From Shigella phage Sf21, in sequence record MF327007: a stretch of 64,000 nucleotides of DNA. One strand, 5' to 3'. Positions within the stretch are counted from its first letter, which is position 1; every line of letters starts with the position of its first letter. The notes under the pieces were generated by a model. The model saw only the letters and a program-made list of their open reading frames with translations, did no database searches and was not told the origin of the DNA. Made by a program: the position numbers and the translations under genes. Shown here piece after piece: positions 36,645 through 45,821 of the stretch.

Positions 36645-36731
36645 TGGTGCGAGAAGTGGGACTCGAACCCACAAGGAAATCATTCCGCAGCATTTTAAGT
36701 GCTGTGCCTTTACCAATTTGACCATTCTCGC
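36645..36731 (-). tRNA. tRNA-Leu (anticodon UAA), long variable arm
   Basis: Acceptor GCGAGAA/TTCTCGC, anticodon loop CTTAAAA, 87 nt, encoded CCA. Confidence 0.88.
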
Positions 36732-36732
36732 G

Positions 36733-36805
36733 CTGGGAATAAAGGACTCGAACCTTTGCATCTAGCAGTCAAAGTGCTATGCCTTACCAACTTGGCTAAT
36801 TCCCA
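36733..36805 (-). tRNA. tRNA-Gln (anticodon UUG), CCA not encoded
   Basis: TGGGAATTAGCCAAGTTGGTAAGGC...CTTTGAC...AAAGGTTCGAGTCCTTTATTCCCAG. Confidence 0.85.
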
Positions 36806-36854
36806 ATTATTAACAAAGGCTCTCAAACAAGAACCCTTGATGATAGAGGGTATT

Positions 36855-36891
36855 AATCAGTGCGGTATGAGTTAATAATAACAAATAATTC
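36855..36891 (-). promoter_or_regulatory. Candidate middle/early promoter for the tRNA array
   Basis: Minus strand TTTGCTTTAA (MotA-box-like), 12 nt, TATTAT, upstream of tRNA-Gln. Confidence 0.4.
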
Positions 36892-37407
36892 TTAAAGCAA
36901 ATTAAACATTTTAACGGTCGGCAAAACAATTTCTTCTTCTATATAAGAGTATTTAACACTCTCAACTACACGCAAAAAATCATAATCATAATACTCAGAA
37001 GCATTACCTAAAATATTAATAAGTCCTTCAAGCACTTTATTACCATTCACAAAGAATAAGTCAAATACGCGTTCTTCGTCTTCTTCGGATTTATTACCAA
37101 GGTCAACTTCTATATCAAAGACCTTTTTAATGAATTCTGGATAAAGTTGTTCTGAGAACAGTCCTTCAACCAAGTATTCATAAATAAAAAGCGATTGCTC
37201 GCTGAACAAGCCATTACCACAATAACGTTCAGCTTTAGTACTAGAATGTCTACTTTTAAACTTCTTTAAAAGATATTGAAATTGTAAGATTTCATGCTCT
37301 TCTACGCCAAACAGTGTTTTAGTTTTATAGTTGTCACCATCATTTTCCCAGGTAGTGACATCAATTACGTAACCCTGTGGAATTGTAGTACCTAAACAAA
37401 TATTCAT
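36892..37407 (-). CDS. Hypothetical protein (171 aa)
   Basis: ORF on gene strand upstream of the tRNA array. Confidence 0.55.
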   Translation of the reverse strand: MNICLGTTIPQGYVIDVTTWENDGDNYKTKTLFGVEEHEILQFQYLLKKFKSRHSSTKAERYCGNGLFSEQSLFIYEYLVEGLFSEQLYPEFIKKVFDIEVDLGNKSEEDEERVFDLFFVNGNKVLEGLINILGNASEYYDYDFLRVVESVKYSYIEEEIVLPTVKMFNLL

Positions 37408-37703
37408 TTGCTCACCATATTAATGTAAGTATATTCAATACATTCAAGACCCAAAGGATTCTTGAAAATATCATATTCAAGAGGACCTTTTTCCGTTTCA
37501 ATAAAGAAATCAAAATTTACTGTATTAAATTTACGGTCTTCCTTCACTAATTTAACTTGTGAAGATGAACGGTCAATGTAAACCTTTTCAACTTCAAAAC
37601 ATGTTAAAATGCCATAATCATCAATCAAGGCTTTAGCTGCTTCTTGATCATATTTATATCCATTTTCAATGGATGATACTTTAGCATAAAGAATCATTAT
37701 CAA
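37404..37703 (-). CDS. Hypothetical protein (99 aa)
   Basis: ORF with overlapping stop/start. Confidence 0.5.
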   Translation of the reverse strand: MIMILYAKVSSIENGYKYDQEAAKALIDDYGILTCFEVEKVYIDRSSSQVKLVKEDRKFNTVNFDFFIETEKGPLEYDIFKNPLGLECIEYTYINMVSK

Positions 37704-38098
37704 CCTTCATCAACAACAGTATGCGTATTGGCATTTACGATTTGCCACCAATCAAAGCGATTAGAATCCATCGGTTTGTTTTCATTTTCTTTGATAATGT
37801 CACGGAGTTCATCTTCAGAGAATGCTTTAGCAATTAAATCGGTATACCCACCACGGGGATAATAATTATCACCTGCAAACAAAAGGAAATTTACCTTCCC
37901 GGAAGGAACATACGCTTCCTTAGGATACTTGTTTCCTGCGTGGTCAACCACTTCAATATAACGGTAAGGAATATCGGTTCTTTCAACCCATTGCCATGCC
38001 GCTGCAGGGGAATCGAAAGCATCTACACCTAAACGATTATCTTCATCTTTAGACGGATTATTTTCGTAATCCGCATATACATAATATTCAACGTTCAT
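37700..38098 (-). CDS. Hypothetical protein (132 aa)
   Basis: ORF with overlapping stop/start. Confidence 0.55.
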   Translation of the reverse strand: MNVEYYVYADYENNPSKDEDNRLGVDAFDSPAAAWQWVERTDIPYRYIEVVDHAGNKYPKEAYVPSGKVNFLLFAGDNYYPRGGYTDLIAKAFSEDELRDIIKENENKPMDSNRFDWWQIVNANTHTVVDEG

Positions 38099-38283
38099 TA
38101 TTCACCTTTAGAAATTTTATCCATAACAATAGCAATTAAACCAATTAAAAATGCTACTACAAGTGAAAAAACATTTTCTGCCGTAGTCAATAATCCGCAT
38201 ATAAATCCAACAAACATTGAAAAACTGAAAGCGGAAGCAGAAATTGCAATAGCAACATTTCGAATTAATTCACAACGTTTCAT
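38098..38283 (-). CDS. Small membrane protein (61 aa)
   Basis: Start set at MKRCELIRNVAI, preceded by SD and an early promoter; hydrophobic core. Confidence 0.45.
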   Translation of the reverse strand: MKRCELIRNVAIAISASAFSFSMFVGFICGLLTTAENVFSLVVAFLIGLIAIVMDKISKGE

Positions 38284-38311
38284 TTTATTCTCCTCAGTAG
38301 TTGATAGGGTA

Positions 38312-38341
38312 ATAGTATCACTACCCCATCTAAAAGTAAAC
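38312..38341 (-). promoter_or_regulatory. Early promoter (GTTTAC -35, 18-bp spacer, TACTAT -10)
   Basis: Same architecture; drives 38098-38283. Confidence 0.6.
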
Positions 38342-38575
38342 TTATTTTTTACGAAAAATTGATTTATTTTCTGCTGCCCATTTTTCAATAACTGCAGCAG
38401 GACCAGTAACAACAATTTTATCACCGTAATCTTCTGCGGCGAGTTGACCGAAATTATCTAATGCATCACGAAGAACTCCATGAGGCATTTCACCCATTTT
38501 ATCTTTCTTGCCAGTGTAAATAAACTCAACTTTTACATCAGCAGTTTCAGCAATAAATTCTTGGTAAGTTTTCAT
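38342..38575 (-). CDS. Internal protein (capsid-targeted)
   Basis: MKTYQEFIAE capsid-targeting N-terminus; own early promoter with 18-bp spacer; position just upstream of 57B as for T4 ipI. Confidence 0.65.
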   Translation of the reverse strand: MKTYQEFIAETADVKVEFIYTGKKDKMGEMPHGVLRDALDNFGQLAAEDYGDKIVVTGPAAVIEKWAAENKSIFRKK

Positions 38576-38609
38576 TTTGATTTCCATTTGGTTTTGTTTT
38601 GATAGGGTA

Positions 38610-38639
38610 ATAGTATCACAACTAAAACCCTATGTAAAC
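38610..38639 (-). promoter_or_regulatory. Early promoter (GTTTAC -35, 18-bp spacer, TACTAT -10)
   Basis: Same architecture; drives internal protein gene 38342-38575. Confidence 0.65.
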
Positions 38640-38651
38640 AACTTTGTGAAA

Positions 38652-38909
38652 TTATTTTAAATCTTCTAATCGTTTTTTCATCTTAGAACCATTTTTAGCA
38701 ATTTCTCCTGCATCGGAGCATAATGCTAAAAGTGCTTTAACTTTCGTTTGGTCTCCTTTAAAAGATGAAGGATCTACTGCAGCAGCAAGTTCTTTAATAC
38801 GAGAGAAAAGACGCTCAGCTTCAGCTAAAGCCATTCCAAGCTTTACTTCCATACCGTGGGAAGATTCAGTGATAGTAGTTTTTGTAGTAAACTCTTTGAA
38901 AGTTTTCAT
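38652..38909 (-). CDS. Internal-protein-like protein (capsid-targeted)
   Basis: MKTFKEFTTK N-terminus resembling the capsid-targeting sequence; own early promoter. Confidence 0.6.
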   Translation of the reverse strand: MKTFKEFTTKTTITESSHGMEVKLGMALAEAERLFSRIKELAAAVDPSSFKGDQTKVKALLALCSDAGEIAKNGSKMKKRLEDLK

Positions 38910-38938
38910 TTTATTTTCCTAATTAATTTTGATGAGAT

Positions 38939-38968
38939 AATAGTATCACTACCTCATCAGCATGTAAA
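38939..38968 (-). promoter_or_regulatory. Early promoter (GTTTAC -35, 18-bp spacer, TACTAT -10)
   Basis: Same architecture; drives internal-protein-like gene 38652-38909. Confidence 0.65.
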
Positions 38969-38981
38969 CAACTTTGTGAAA

Positions 38982-39666
<685 letters not shown>

Positions 39667-39667
<1 letters not shown>

Positions 39668-40392
39668 TATAGTACCTTTAGTGTATTTTTAATTTTAGAA
39701 AAAAGTTCTTCAAGAGAACCATCGTTTGTAATTACTAAATCGCCATCACGAATTGGCAATCCAGCTTCTGTAATATGTGTATCATTGGATTTTTGACCAG
39801 GACGAACTACATGAATTACTGTAGCACCCATCGCCCTAGCCGCATCCATTTCATGATCTTGACGGGTATCAGGAACGATATAATAATCATAACCTGAGTT
39901 AAATTTATCAAGATAATCTAAAGCAAATAATTTTACCCAGTACATGCGGTCGAAGTTATTAACAATCAAATCCGTACCTAGGGCTTGCATCAGACGACGG
40001 ACTGACCATTGATCTTCAATATTATTTATAACGTCAGTAATTTTGTTAAATGCTACGAAATTAACTGATTCTTTTCCTTCGTCATCAAAAACAAACACAC
40101 CCTTAATTGGGCTTTTACCATTAAGATAGCAAAATGCTTGTTCCATAATCGTGATTACTTCTAATTTAGTCAGATTTAAATTAGTCTCACGATCATAGTC
40201 AATTCCTTCAAACTCTTTACGAGTTAAGCAAGGATAGTCGGTGTTTGCTGCAAATACTCCCCATGCATAAGCCAATGCATCCTTAATAGGACCAGCAAGT
40301 TGGTATTTAACTGCAGAATAATTGCTCATGATAAAATCAGCAGTAGTATCTTTTCCACTACGCTTTACACCGCTTAAAAAGATTAGTTTCAT
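39667..40392 (-). CDS. 1: Deoxynucleoside monophosphate kinase gp1
   Basis: 241 aa from MKLIFLSGVKRSGKDTTADF (P-loop); GAGGAG SD; MotA-box middle promoter upstream. Confidence 0.93.
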
Positions 40393-40417
40393 GTGTTTCT
40401 CCTCAAATTTAATTAAG

Positions 40418-40442
40418 ATTATAACACACAAAACTGAAGCAT
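40418..40442 (-). promoter_or_regulatory. Middle (MotA-dependent) promoter for gene 1
   Basis: Minus strand ATGCTTCA MotA-box-like element, 11-nt spacer, extended -10 TGTTATAAT, then GAGGAG SD and ATG. Confidence 0.6.
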
Positions 40443-40972
40443 TAAACTTCTGCTATAATTTTACCATCTTTTTCTACTTGAAAATAGGTGTAAGGAATCG
40501 TTGCTGTACATACTAAAGCCGGGTCTGAATCTTCCGTGTAGCTAAATTCTACTTCAGATAGGTCAGAAACCCAAGGCTTATAAAAATTTATTGACATCAC
40601 GATTTCAGTTTTACTATTATCTAAAATGTAAAGCGTAATGTATTCAGGACCTGTTTTTTGGGCAGTATTTTCGCCTGTAAGATAGTTACTAGTTCCTAGC
40701 ATCCATTCATACATTCCTATCCACGACTTAAGCTCTTCGTCAACTATAAATCTCACGATGAGTGGATCGTACTCAAATGTAACACCTGGACGTTGTGCTC
40801 GACCAAGTCCAAACGGCCCAGTCACGGTATCAGTAACAGGTATTCTAATTCCTGGAATAGGAACTGACTGAGCATTTAAAGTAAAAGCAGATGTAGTATT
40901 ACTATGTGGTATTGATACTACAAAGTTAGTTGTATTTGCTTGGTTAAAAATTTGTTGCAGAGCTTGCGACAT
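40442..40972 (-). CDS. 3: Tail completion / sheath stabiliser gp3
   Basis: 176 aa from MSQALQQIFNQ; position between 1 and 2. Confidence 0.82.
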   Translation of the reverse strand: MSQALQQIFNQANTTNFVVSIPHSNTTSAFTLNAQSVPIPGIRIPVTDTVTGPFGLGRAQRPGVTFEYDPLIVRFIVDEELKSWIGMYEWMLGTSNYLTGENTAQKTGPEYITLYILDNSKTEIVMSINFYKPWVSDLSEVEFSYTEDSDPALVCTATIPYTYFQVEKDGKIIAEV

Positions 40973-41078
40973 ATATTCCTCATAATGCTTTATAACTGTT
41001 GGTGGTATAATGGGTCTAAGTCCCTTCCATTCAATTCCATTTAGAACAAACAACAGAAAAGAATGGAAGATAATAGAA

Positions 41079-41903
41079 TTAAATATTTGACCAGACTTTG
41101 TTTGCAGAGAAACGTTTTCCTTTTGAAACGAACTGCTGAAGTGGCATCAATACAACGTTCGCCCAGTCTTTCGGGGCGATTTCAACAAGGCTACCCATAA
41201 TATTACCAGGTATATATGCCTTAATCATTTGGTCTGCACCCCTAAATCCTTTCACTTGACTCCAATCAATTTTTAATTTCGTTTTATTAGTAATAGTAGG
41301 TGTATTTGAATATTGCTTTAAAAGCTCTTCTAGGAATTGCTGGCGAGCTTTAGGTGGAATATAGTGCAAGTTCAATCCGTACATTAAATTATGCTTACCT
41401 AAACCAAGGTAAATTATCAAAGGAAATTTATCCCAGTAAGGAAGAGTTTCCTTGTGTTTAGCATCATAAGCAAAAGCATATATTCGTCCCGGCTGCGGGC
41501 GAACAACTTTATGTCCTTTTACTTGCTTAATAGTTTCAGCAAACCACTTTCTGGTTTTATTATTAATTGCTGCGCCTTCATTACGAATTTTATCGCGCAA
41601 TGTTTGTCTGAATGAATTTATCATAAGCAGTTGTCTTTCTTGCTTATTGAGTTTATTCATTGGTTTTGATTCAAGCTTTTGAATCTTTTCAGCTGTTTTA
41701 ATTCCTGAAGCATATTTTGACATTGCCGAAGTAAACGTAGAGTATTTGATTCCTCTTTCTTCAGCAAATTGCTTTCCTGTCATTCCTTTTGCTTTGGCCT
41801 TTCTGTATTCAAGACCTATCTGAATCCATTTCTTTTCGTTTAATGATTGCTTAACCTTTGGAACTTGGGGAGTGCTTTCATTAATTATTTGAAAAATAGC
41901 CAT
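41079..41903 (-). CDS. 2: DNA end protector gp2
   Basis: 274 aa; basic N-terminus; stop overlaps gene 4 stop/start. Confidence 0.85.
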   Translation of the reverse strand: MAIFQIINESTPQVPKVKQSLNEKKWIQIGLEYRKAKAKGMTGKQFAEERGIKYSTFTSAMSKYASGIKTAEKIQKLESKPMNKLNKQERQLLMINSFRQTLRDKIRNEGAAINNKTRKWFAETIKQVKGHKVVRPQPGRIYAFAYDAKHKETLPYWDKFPLIIYLGLGKHNLMYGLNLHYIPPKARQQFLEELLKQYSNTPTITNKTKLKIDWSQVKGFRGADQMIKAYIPGNIMGSLVEIAPKDWANVVLMPLQQFVSKGKRFSANKVWSNI

Positions 41904-42355
41904 TATGCCCCCTTAAAGCCAAGAGCTCGTAATCCATCTTCTGTTAGAATTCTAAATTTTATTCCACGCTTTTCAGCTAAAGATTGTGCTGCTTTCCATT
42001 TGTCGGTATTAACAGAATATGTATAAATTTCATTCATAAATCTTTTCTTCGCTGCGGTTGTTAGATGTGCTGGTTTAACTGGTGGTTGTGTTTCTTTTTT
42101 AGGTTTTATTTCAATAAAAAATTCTTGTCCAGAAGAATCTTTCATCCAAATATCCATGAAGTATCTACGTTTTTTCCCTTCTGCATTACAAAAATAAGGA
42201 ATTACTGCTGTTTCACTACCCCATGCAATAATTTCTGGATTTTTATCTAACCATTCAAAAAAGAATTTTTCCCAATTTGATCTATACGTAATTTTTTTAG
42301 GGTCACCTCTATACTTTGATATATTTTTAGGAACCCATTTTCCAGAATATGCCAT
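41903..42355 (-). CDS. 4: Head completion protein gp4
   Basis: 150 aa; TATAAATA late promoter on the minus strand upstream. Confidence 0.85.
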   Translation of the reverse strand: MAYSGKWVPKNISKYRGDPKKITYRSNWEKFFFEWLDKNPEIIAWGSETAVIPYFCNAEGKKRRYFMDIWMKDSSGQEFFIEIKPKKETQPPVKPAHLTTAAKKRFMNEIYTYSVNTDKWKAAQSLAEKRGIKFRILTEDGLRALGFKGA

Positions 42356-42366
42356 TGGATTCTCCT

Positions 42367-42374
42367 TATAAATA
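42367..42374 (+). promoter_or_regulatory. Late promoter (TATAAATA) for gene 53
   Basis: Exact TATAAATA about 29 nt upstream of the gene 53 ATG. Confidence 0.7.
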
Positions 42375-42382
42375 GATAATAT

Positions 42383-42390
42383 ATTTATAA
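42383..42390 (-). promoter_or_regulatory. Late promoter (TATAAATA) for gene 4, divergent from the gene 53 promoter
   Basis: Exact TATAAATA on the minus strand about 28 nt upstream of the gene 4 start. Confidence 0.7.
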
Positions 42391-42402
42391 ACAGGAGGGC
42401 CC

Positions 42403-43279
42403 ATGCTCTTTACATTTTTTGATCCGATTGAATATGCGGCCAAAACGGTGAATAAAAACGCGCCGACTATTCCTATGACAGATATTTTTAGAAACTATAA
42501 AGACTATTTTAAACGCGCTCTTGCGGGATACCGCTTACGTACTTATTATATCAAAGGTTCACCACGCCCGGAAGAATTAGCAAATACTATATATGGAAAT
42601 CCGCAGTTGTATTGGGTTTTATTGATGTGTAATGATAATTATGATCCGTATTATGGATGGATTACTTCGCAAGAAGCTGCTTATCAAGCATCTATACAAA
42701 AATACAAAAACGTAGGTGGAGACCAAATAGTATATCATGTGAATGAGAACGGTGAAAAATTTTATAATTTAATATCATACGATGATAATCCATATGTTTG
42801 GTATGACAAAGGCGATAAAGCTAGAAAATATCTATATCAAAGGTTCACCACGCCCGGAAGAATTAGCAAATACTATATATGGAAATCCGCAGTTGTATTG
42901 GGTTTTATTGATGTGTAATGATAATTATGATCCGTATTATGGATGGATTACTTCGCAAGAAGCTGCTTATCAAGCATCTATACAAAAATACAAAAACGTA
43001 GGTGGAGACCAAATAGTATATCATGTGAATGAGAACGGTGAAAAATTTTATAATTTAATATCATACGATGATAATCCATATGTTTGGTATGACAAAGGCG
43101 ATAAAGCTAGAAAATATCCTCAATATGAAGGAGCACTTGCTGCGGTCGATACGTATGAAGCTGCTGTTCTTGAAAATGAAAAACTTCGTCAAATAAAAAT
43201 AATAGCAAAATCAGACATCAATTCATTTATGAACGACCTTATACGTATAATGGAGAAATCTTATGGAAATGATAAGTAA
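42403..43279 (+). pseudogene. 53: Baseplate wedge gene 53 disrupted by a 286-bp internal tandem duplication (frameshift)
   Basis: ATG at 42403 with AGGAGGG SD and TATAAATA late promoter; frame stops at 42918 inside the second repeat copy; 42782-43279 ORF carries the same peptide block and the C-terminus overlapping gene 5; removing one copy gives a 196-aa ORF. Confidence 0.85.
42547..43118. repeat. Perfect tandem duplication, 2 x 286 bp (42547-42832 and 42833-43118)
   Basis: Base-for-base identity by direct comparison; period 286 is not a multiple of 3. Confidence 0.95.
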
Positions 43280-44990
43280 TAACCTTAATTGGTTTGTTGG
43301 TGTTGTTGAAGATAGAATGGACCCATTAAAATTAGGTCGTGTTCGTGTTCGTGTAGTTGGTCTGCATCCACCTCAAAGAGCACAAGGCGATGTAATGGGT
43401 ATTCCAACTGAAAAATTACCATGGATGTCAGTTATTCAACCTATAACTTCTGCAGCAATGTCTGGAATTGGAGGTTCTGTTACTGGACCGGTAGAAGGAA
43501 CTAGAGTTTATGGTCATTTTTTAGACAAATGGAAAACTAATGGAATTGTCCTTGGCACGTATGGTGGAATAGTTCGCGAAAAACCGAATAGACTTGAAGG
43601 ATTTTCTGACCCAACTGGGCAATATCCTAGACGTTTAGGAAATGATACTAATGTATTAAACCAAGGCGGAGAAGTAGGATATGATTCGTCTTCTAACATT
43701 ATCCAAGATAGTAACTTAGACACTGCAATAAATCCCGATGATAGACCACTATCAGAGATTCCAACCGATGATAATCCAAATATGTCAATGGCTGACATGC
43801 TTCGCCGTGATGAAGGATTAAGACTAAAAGTTTATTGGGATACTGAAGGATATCCGACAATTGGTATTGGTCATCTTATCATGAAGCAGCCAGTTCGTGA
43901 TATGGCTCAAATTAATAAAGTTTTATCAAAACAAGTTGGTCGTGAAATTACTGGAAACCCAGGTTCTATTACGATGGAAGAGGCGACGACTTTATTTGAA
44001 CGTGATTTGGCTGATATGCAACGGGACATTAAATCACATTCTAAAGTAGGACCAGTCTGGCAAGCTGTCAACCGTTCTCGTCAAATGGCGTTAGAAAATA
44101 TGGCATTTCAAATGGGTGTTGGCGGTGTAGCTAAATTTAACACAATGTTAACTGCTATGTTAGCCGGAGATTGGGAAAAAGCATATAAAGCCGGTCGTGA
44201 TTCATTGTGGTATCAACAAACAAAAGGCCGTGCATCCCGTGTTACCATGATTATTCTTACGGGGAATTTGGAATCATATGGTGTTGAAGTGAAAACCCCA
44301 GCTAGGTCTCTATCAGCAATGGCTGCTACTGTAGCTAAATCTTCTGACCCGGCTGACCCTCCTATTCCAAATGACTCGAGAATTTTATTCAAAGAACCAG
44401 TTTCTTCATATAAAGGTGAATATCCTTATGTGCATACAATGGAAACTGAAAGCGGACATATTCAGGAATTTGATGATACTCCTGGGCAAGAACGATACAG
44501 ATTAGTTCATCCGACTGGAACTTATGAAGAAGTATCACCGTCAGGAAGAAGAACAAGAAAAACTGTCGATAATTTGTATGATATAACCAACGCTGATGGT
44601 AATTTTTTGGTAGCCGGTGATAAAAAGACTAACGTCGGTGGATCAGAAATTTATTACAACATGGATAATCGTCTTCACCAAATAGATGGAAGCAATACAA
44701 TATTTGTACGTGGCGATGAAACTAAGACAGTTGAAGGCAATGGAACTATCCTAGTTAAAGGTAATGTTACTATTGTAGTTGAAGGTAATGCTGACATTAC
44801 AGTTAAAGGAGATGCTACCACTTTAGTTGAAGGAAATCAAACTAACACAGTAAATGGAAATCTTTCTTGGAAAGTTGCTGGGACAGTTGATTGGGACGTT
44901 GGTGGTGATTGGACAGAAAAAATGGCATCTATGAGTTCTATTTCATCTGGTCAATACACAATTGATGGATCGAGGATTGACATTGGCTAA
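43263..44990 (+). CDS. 5: Baseplate hub / tail lysozyme gp5 (cell-puncturing device)
   Basis: 575 aa; internal lysozyme domain DMLRRDEGLRLKVYWDTEGYPTIGIGHLI; C-terminal VxGxxxxx beta-helix repeats. Confidence 0.95.
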   Translation: MEMISNNLNWFVGVVEDRMDPLKLGRVRVRVVGLHPPQRAQGDVMGIPTEKLPWMSVIQPITSAAMSGIGGSVTGPVEGTRVYGHFLDKWKTNGIVLGTYGGIVREKPNRLEGFSDPTGQYPRRLGNDTNVLNQGGEVGYDSSSNIIQDSNLDTAINPDDRPLSEIPTDDNPNMSMADMLRRDEGLRLKVYWDTEGYPTIGIGHLIMKQPVRDMAQINKVLSKQVGREITGNPGSITMEEATTLFERDLADMQRDIKSHSKVGPVWQAVNRSRQMALENMAFQMGVGGVAKFNTMLTAMLAGDWEKAYKAGRDSLWYQQTKGRASRVTMIILTGNLESYGVEVKTPARSLSAMAATVAKSSDPADPPIPNDSRILFKEPVSSYKGEYPYVHTMETESGHIQEFDDTPGQERYRLVHPTGTYEEVSPSGRRTRKTVDNLYDITNADGNFLVAGDKKTNVGGSEIYYNMDNRLHQIDGSNTIFVRGDETKTVEGNGTILVKGNVTIVVEGNADITVKGDATTLVEGNQTNTVNGNLSWKVAGTVDWDVGGDWTEKMASMSSISSGQYTIDGSRIDIG

Positions 44991-45000
44991 TATACTTCCA

Positions 45001-45519
45001 ATGAGCGCTGATTTAGGAGAATCCATGGAAGGTTCTTCTATCGACGTCACCTTTACCGCTCAATTAGAAACAGGTGAAACGTTAGTATCTATAAATATAA
45101 CTAGTTACGAAGAAACTCCTGGGGTTTTAGTAGAAGAAAATCGCTTATATGGAACATATGAATCTGTGTTTGGATTTGGAAATGACGCGTTGAAATATCG
45201 TTTAGGCGATGAATTTAAAACTGCTGCTTCATGGGAAGAACTTCCTACTGATTCTGATACTCAGTTGTATTTGTGGAAAGCTCCTCAAAATCTCCAGAAG
45301 ACATTCACTTACGAAGTAACATTAATATATGACTACCAAGAACAAAGTGAATCTGGAGGTTCTGGCAGTAATTCTAGGTCATCTTCTGATACTACTGAAC
45401 CGACTGATCCTCCTGCTCCAGTAAGAAAAACTCTCGTTAAAAATTATACTAAAACTATAGTTGGAAATTGGAGTCGTTGGGCTAATAAATTGAGAAGCTA
45501 TGTGTATGAGAGGTCATAG
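45001..45519 (+). CDS. Hypothetical protein (172 aa), 5.1-like position
   Basis: Start taken at the first ATG after the gene 5 stop. Confidence 0.55.
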
Positions 45520-45813
45520 ATGTCAGGATTAAGTTATGATAAATGTGTTACTGCTGGTCATGAAGCGTGGCCTCCAACAGTTGTGAATGCTACACAAAGT
45601 AAAGTATTCACTGGAGGAATTGCTGTTCTCGTAGCAGGCGATCCAATTACAGAACATACAGAAATTAAAAAGCCATATGAAACACATGGCGGAGTGACAC
45701 AACCTAGAACTTCTAAGGTATATGTCACTGGAAAGAAAGCTGTTCAAATGGCTGATCCAATATCATGCGGTGATACTGTGGCTCAGGCATCATCTAAAGT
45801 ATTCATTAAATAG
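45520..45813 (+). CDS. 5.4: Spike-tip (PAAR-like) protein gp5.4
   Basis: 97 aa between 5 and 6. Confidence 0.8.
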
Positions 45814-45821
45814 GATTTAAA

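Noticed and set aside
42403-43279. The two overlapping ORFs 42403-42918 and 42782-43279 as separate genes
   Set aside because: They encode the same 95-aa block because of the 286-bp duplication; together they reconstitute one gene-53-sized ORF, so they are a disrupted single gene.
43790-44290. Second lysozyme-like sequence, as a possible duplication of gene e (30355-30849)
   Set aside because: This is the lysozyme domain built into baseplate hub protein gp5 in T4-like phages; the DNA is not a copy of gene e.
44690-44900. Repetitive sequence near the 3' end of gene 5
   Set aside because: Encodes the VxGxxxxx octapeptide repeats of the gp5 beta-helix needle, an intrinsic structural repeat.
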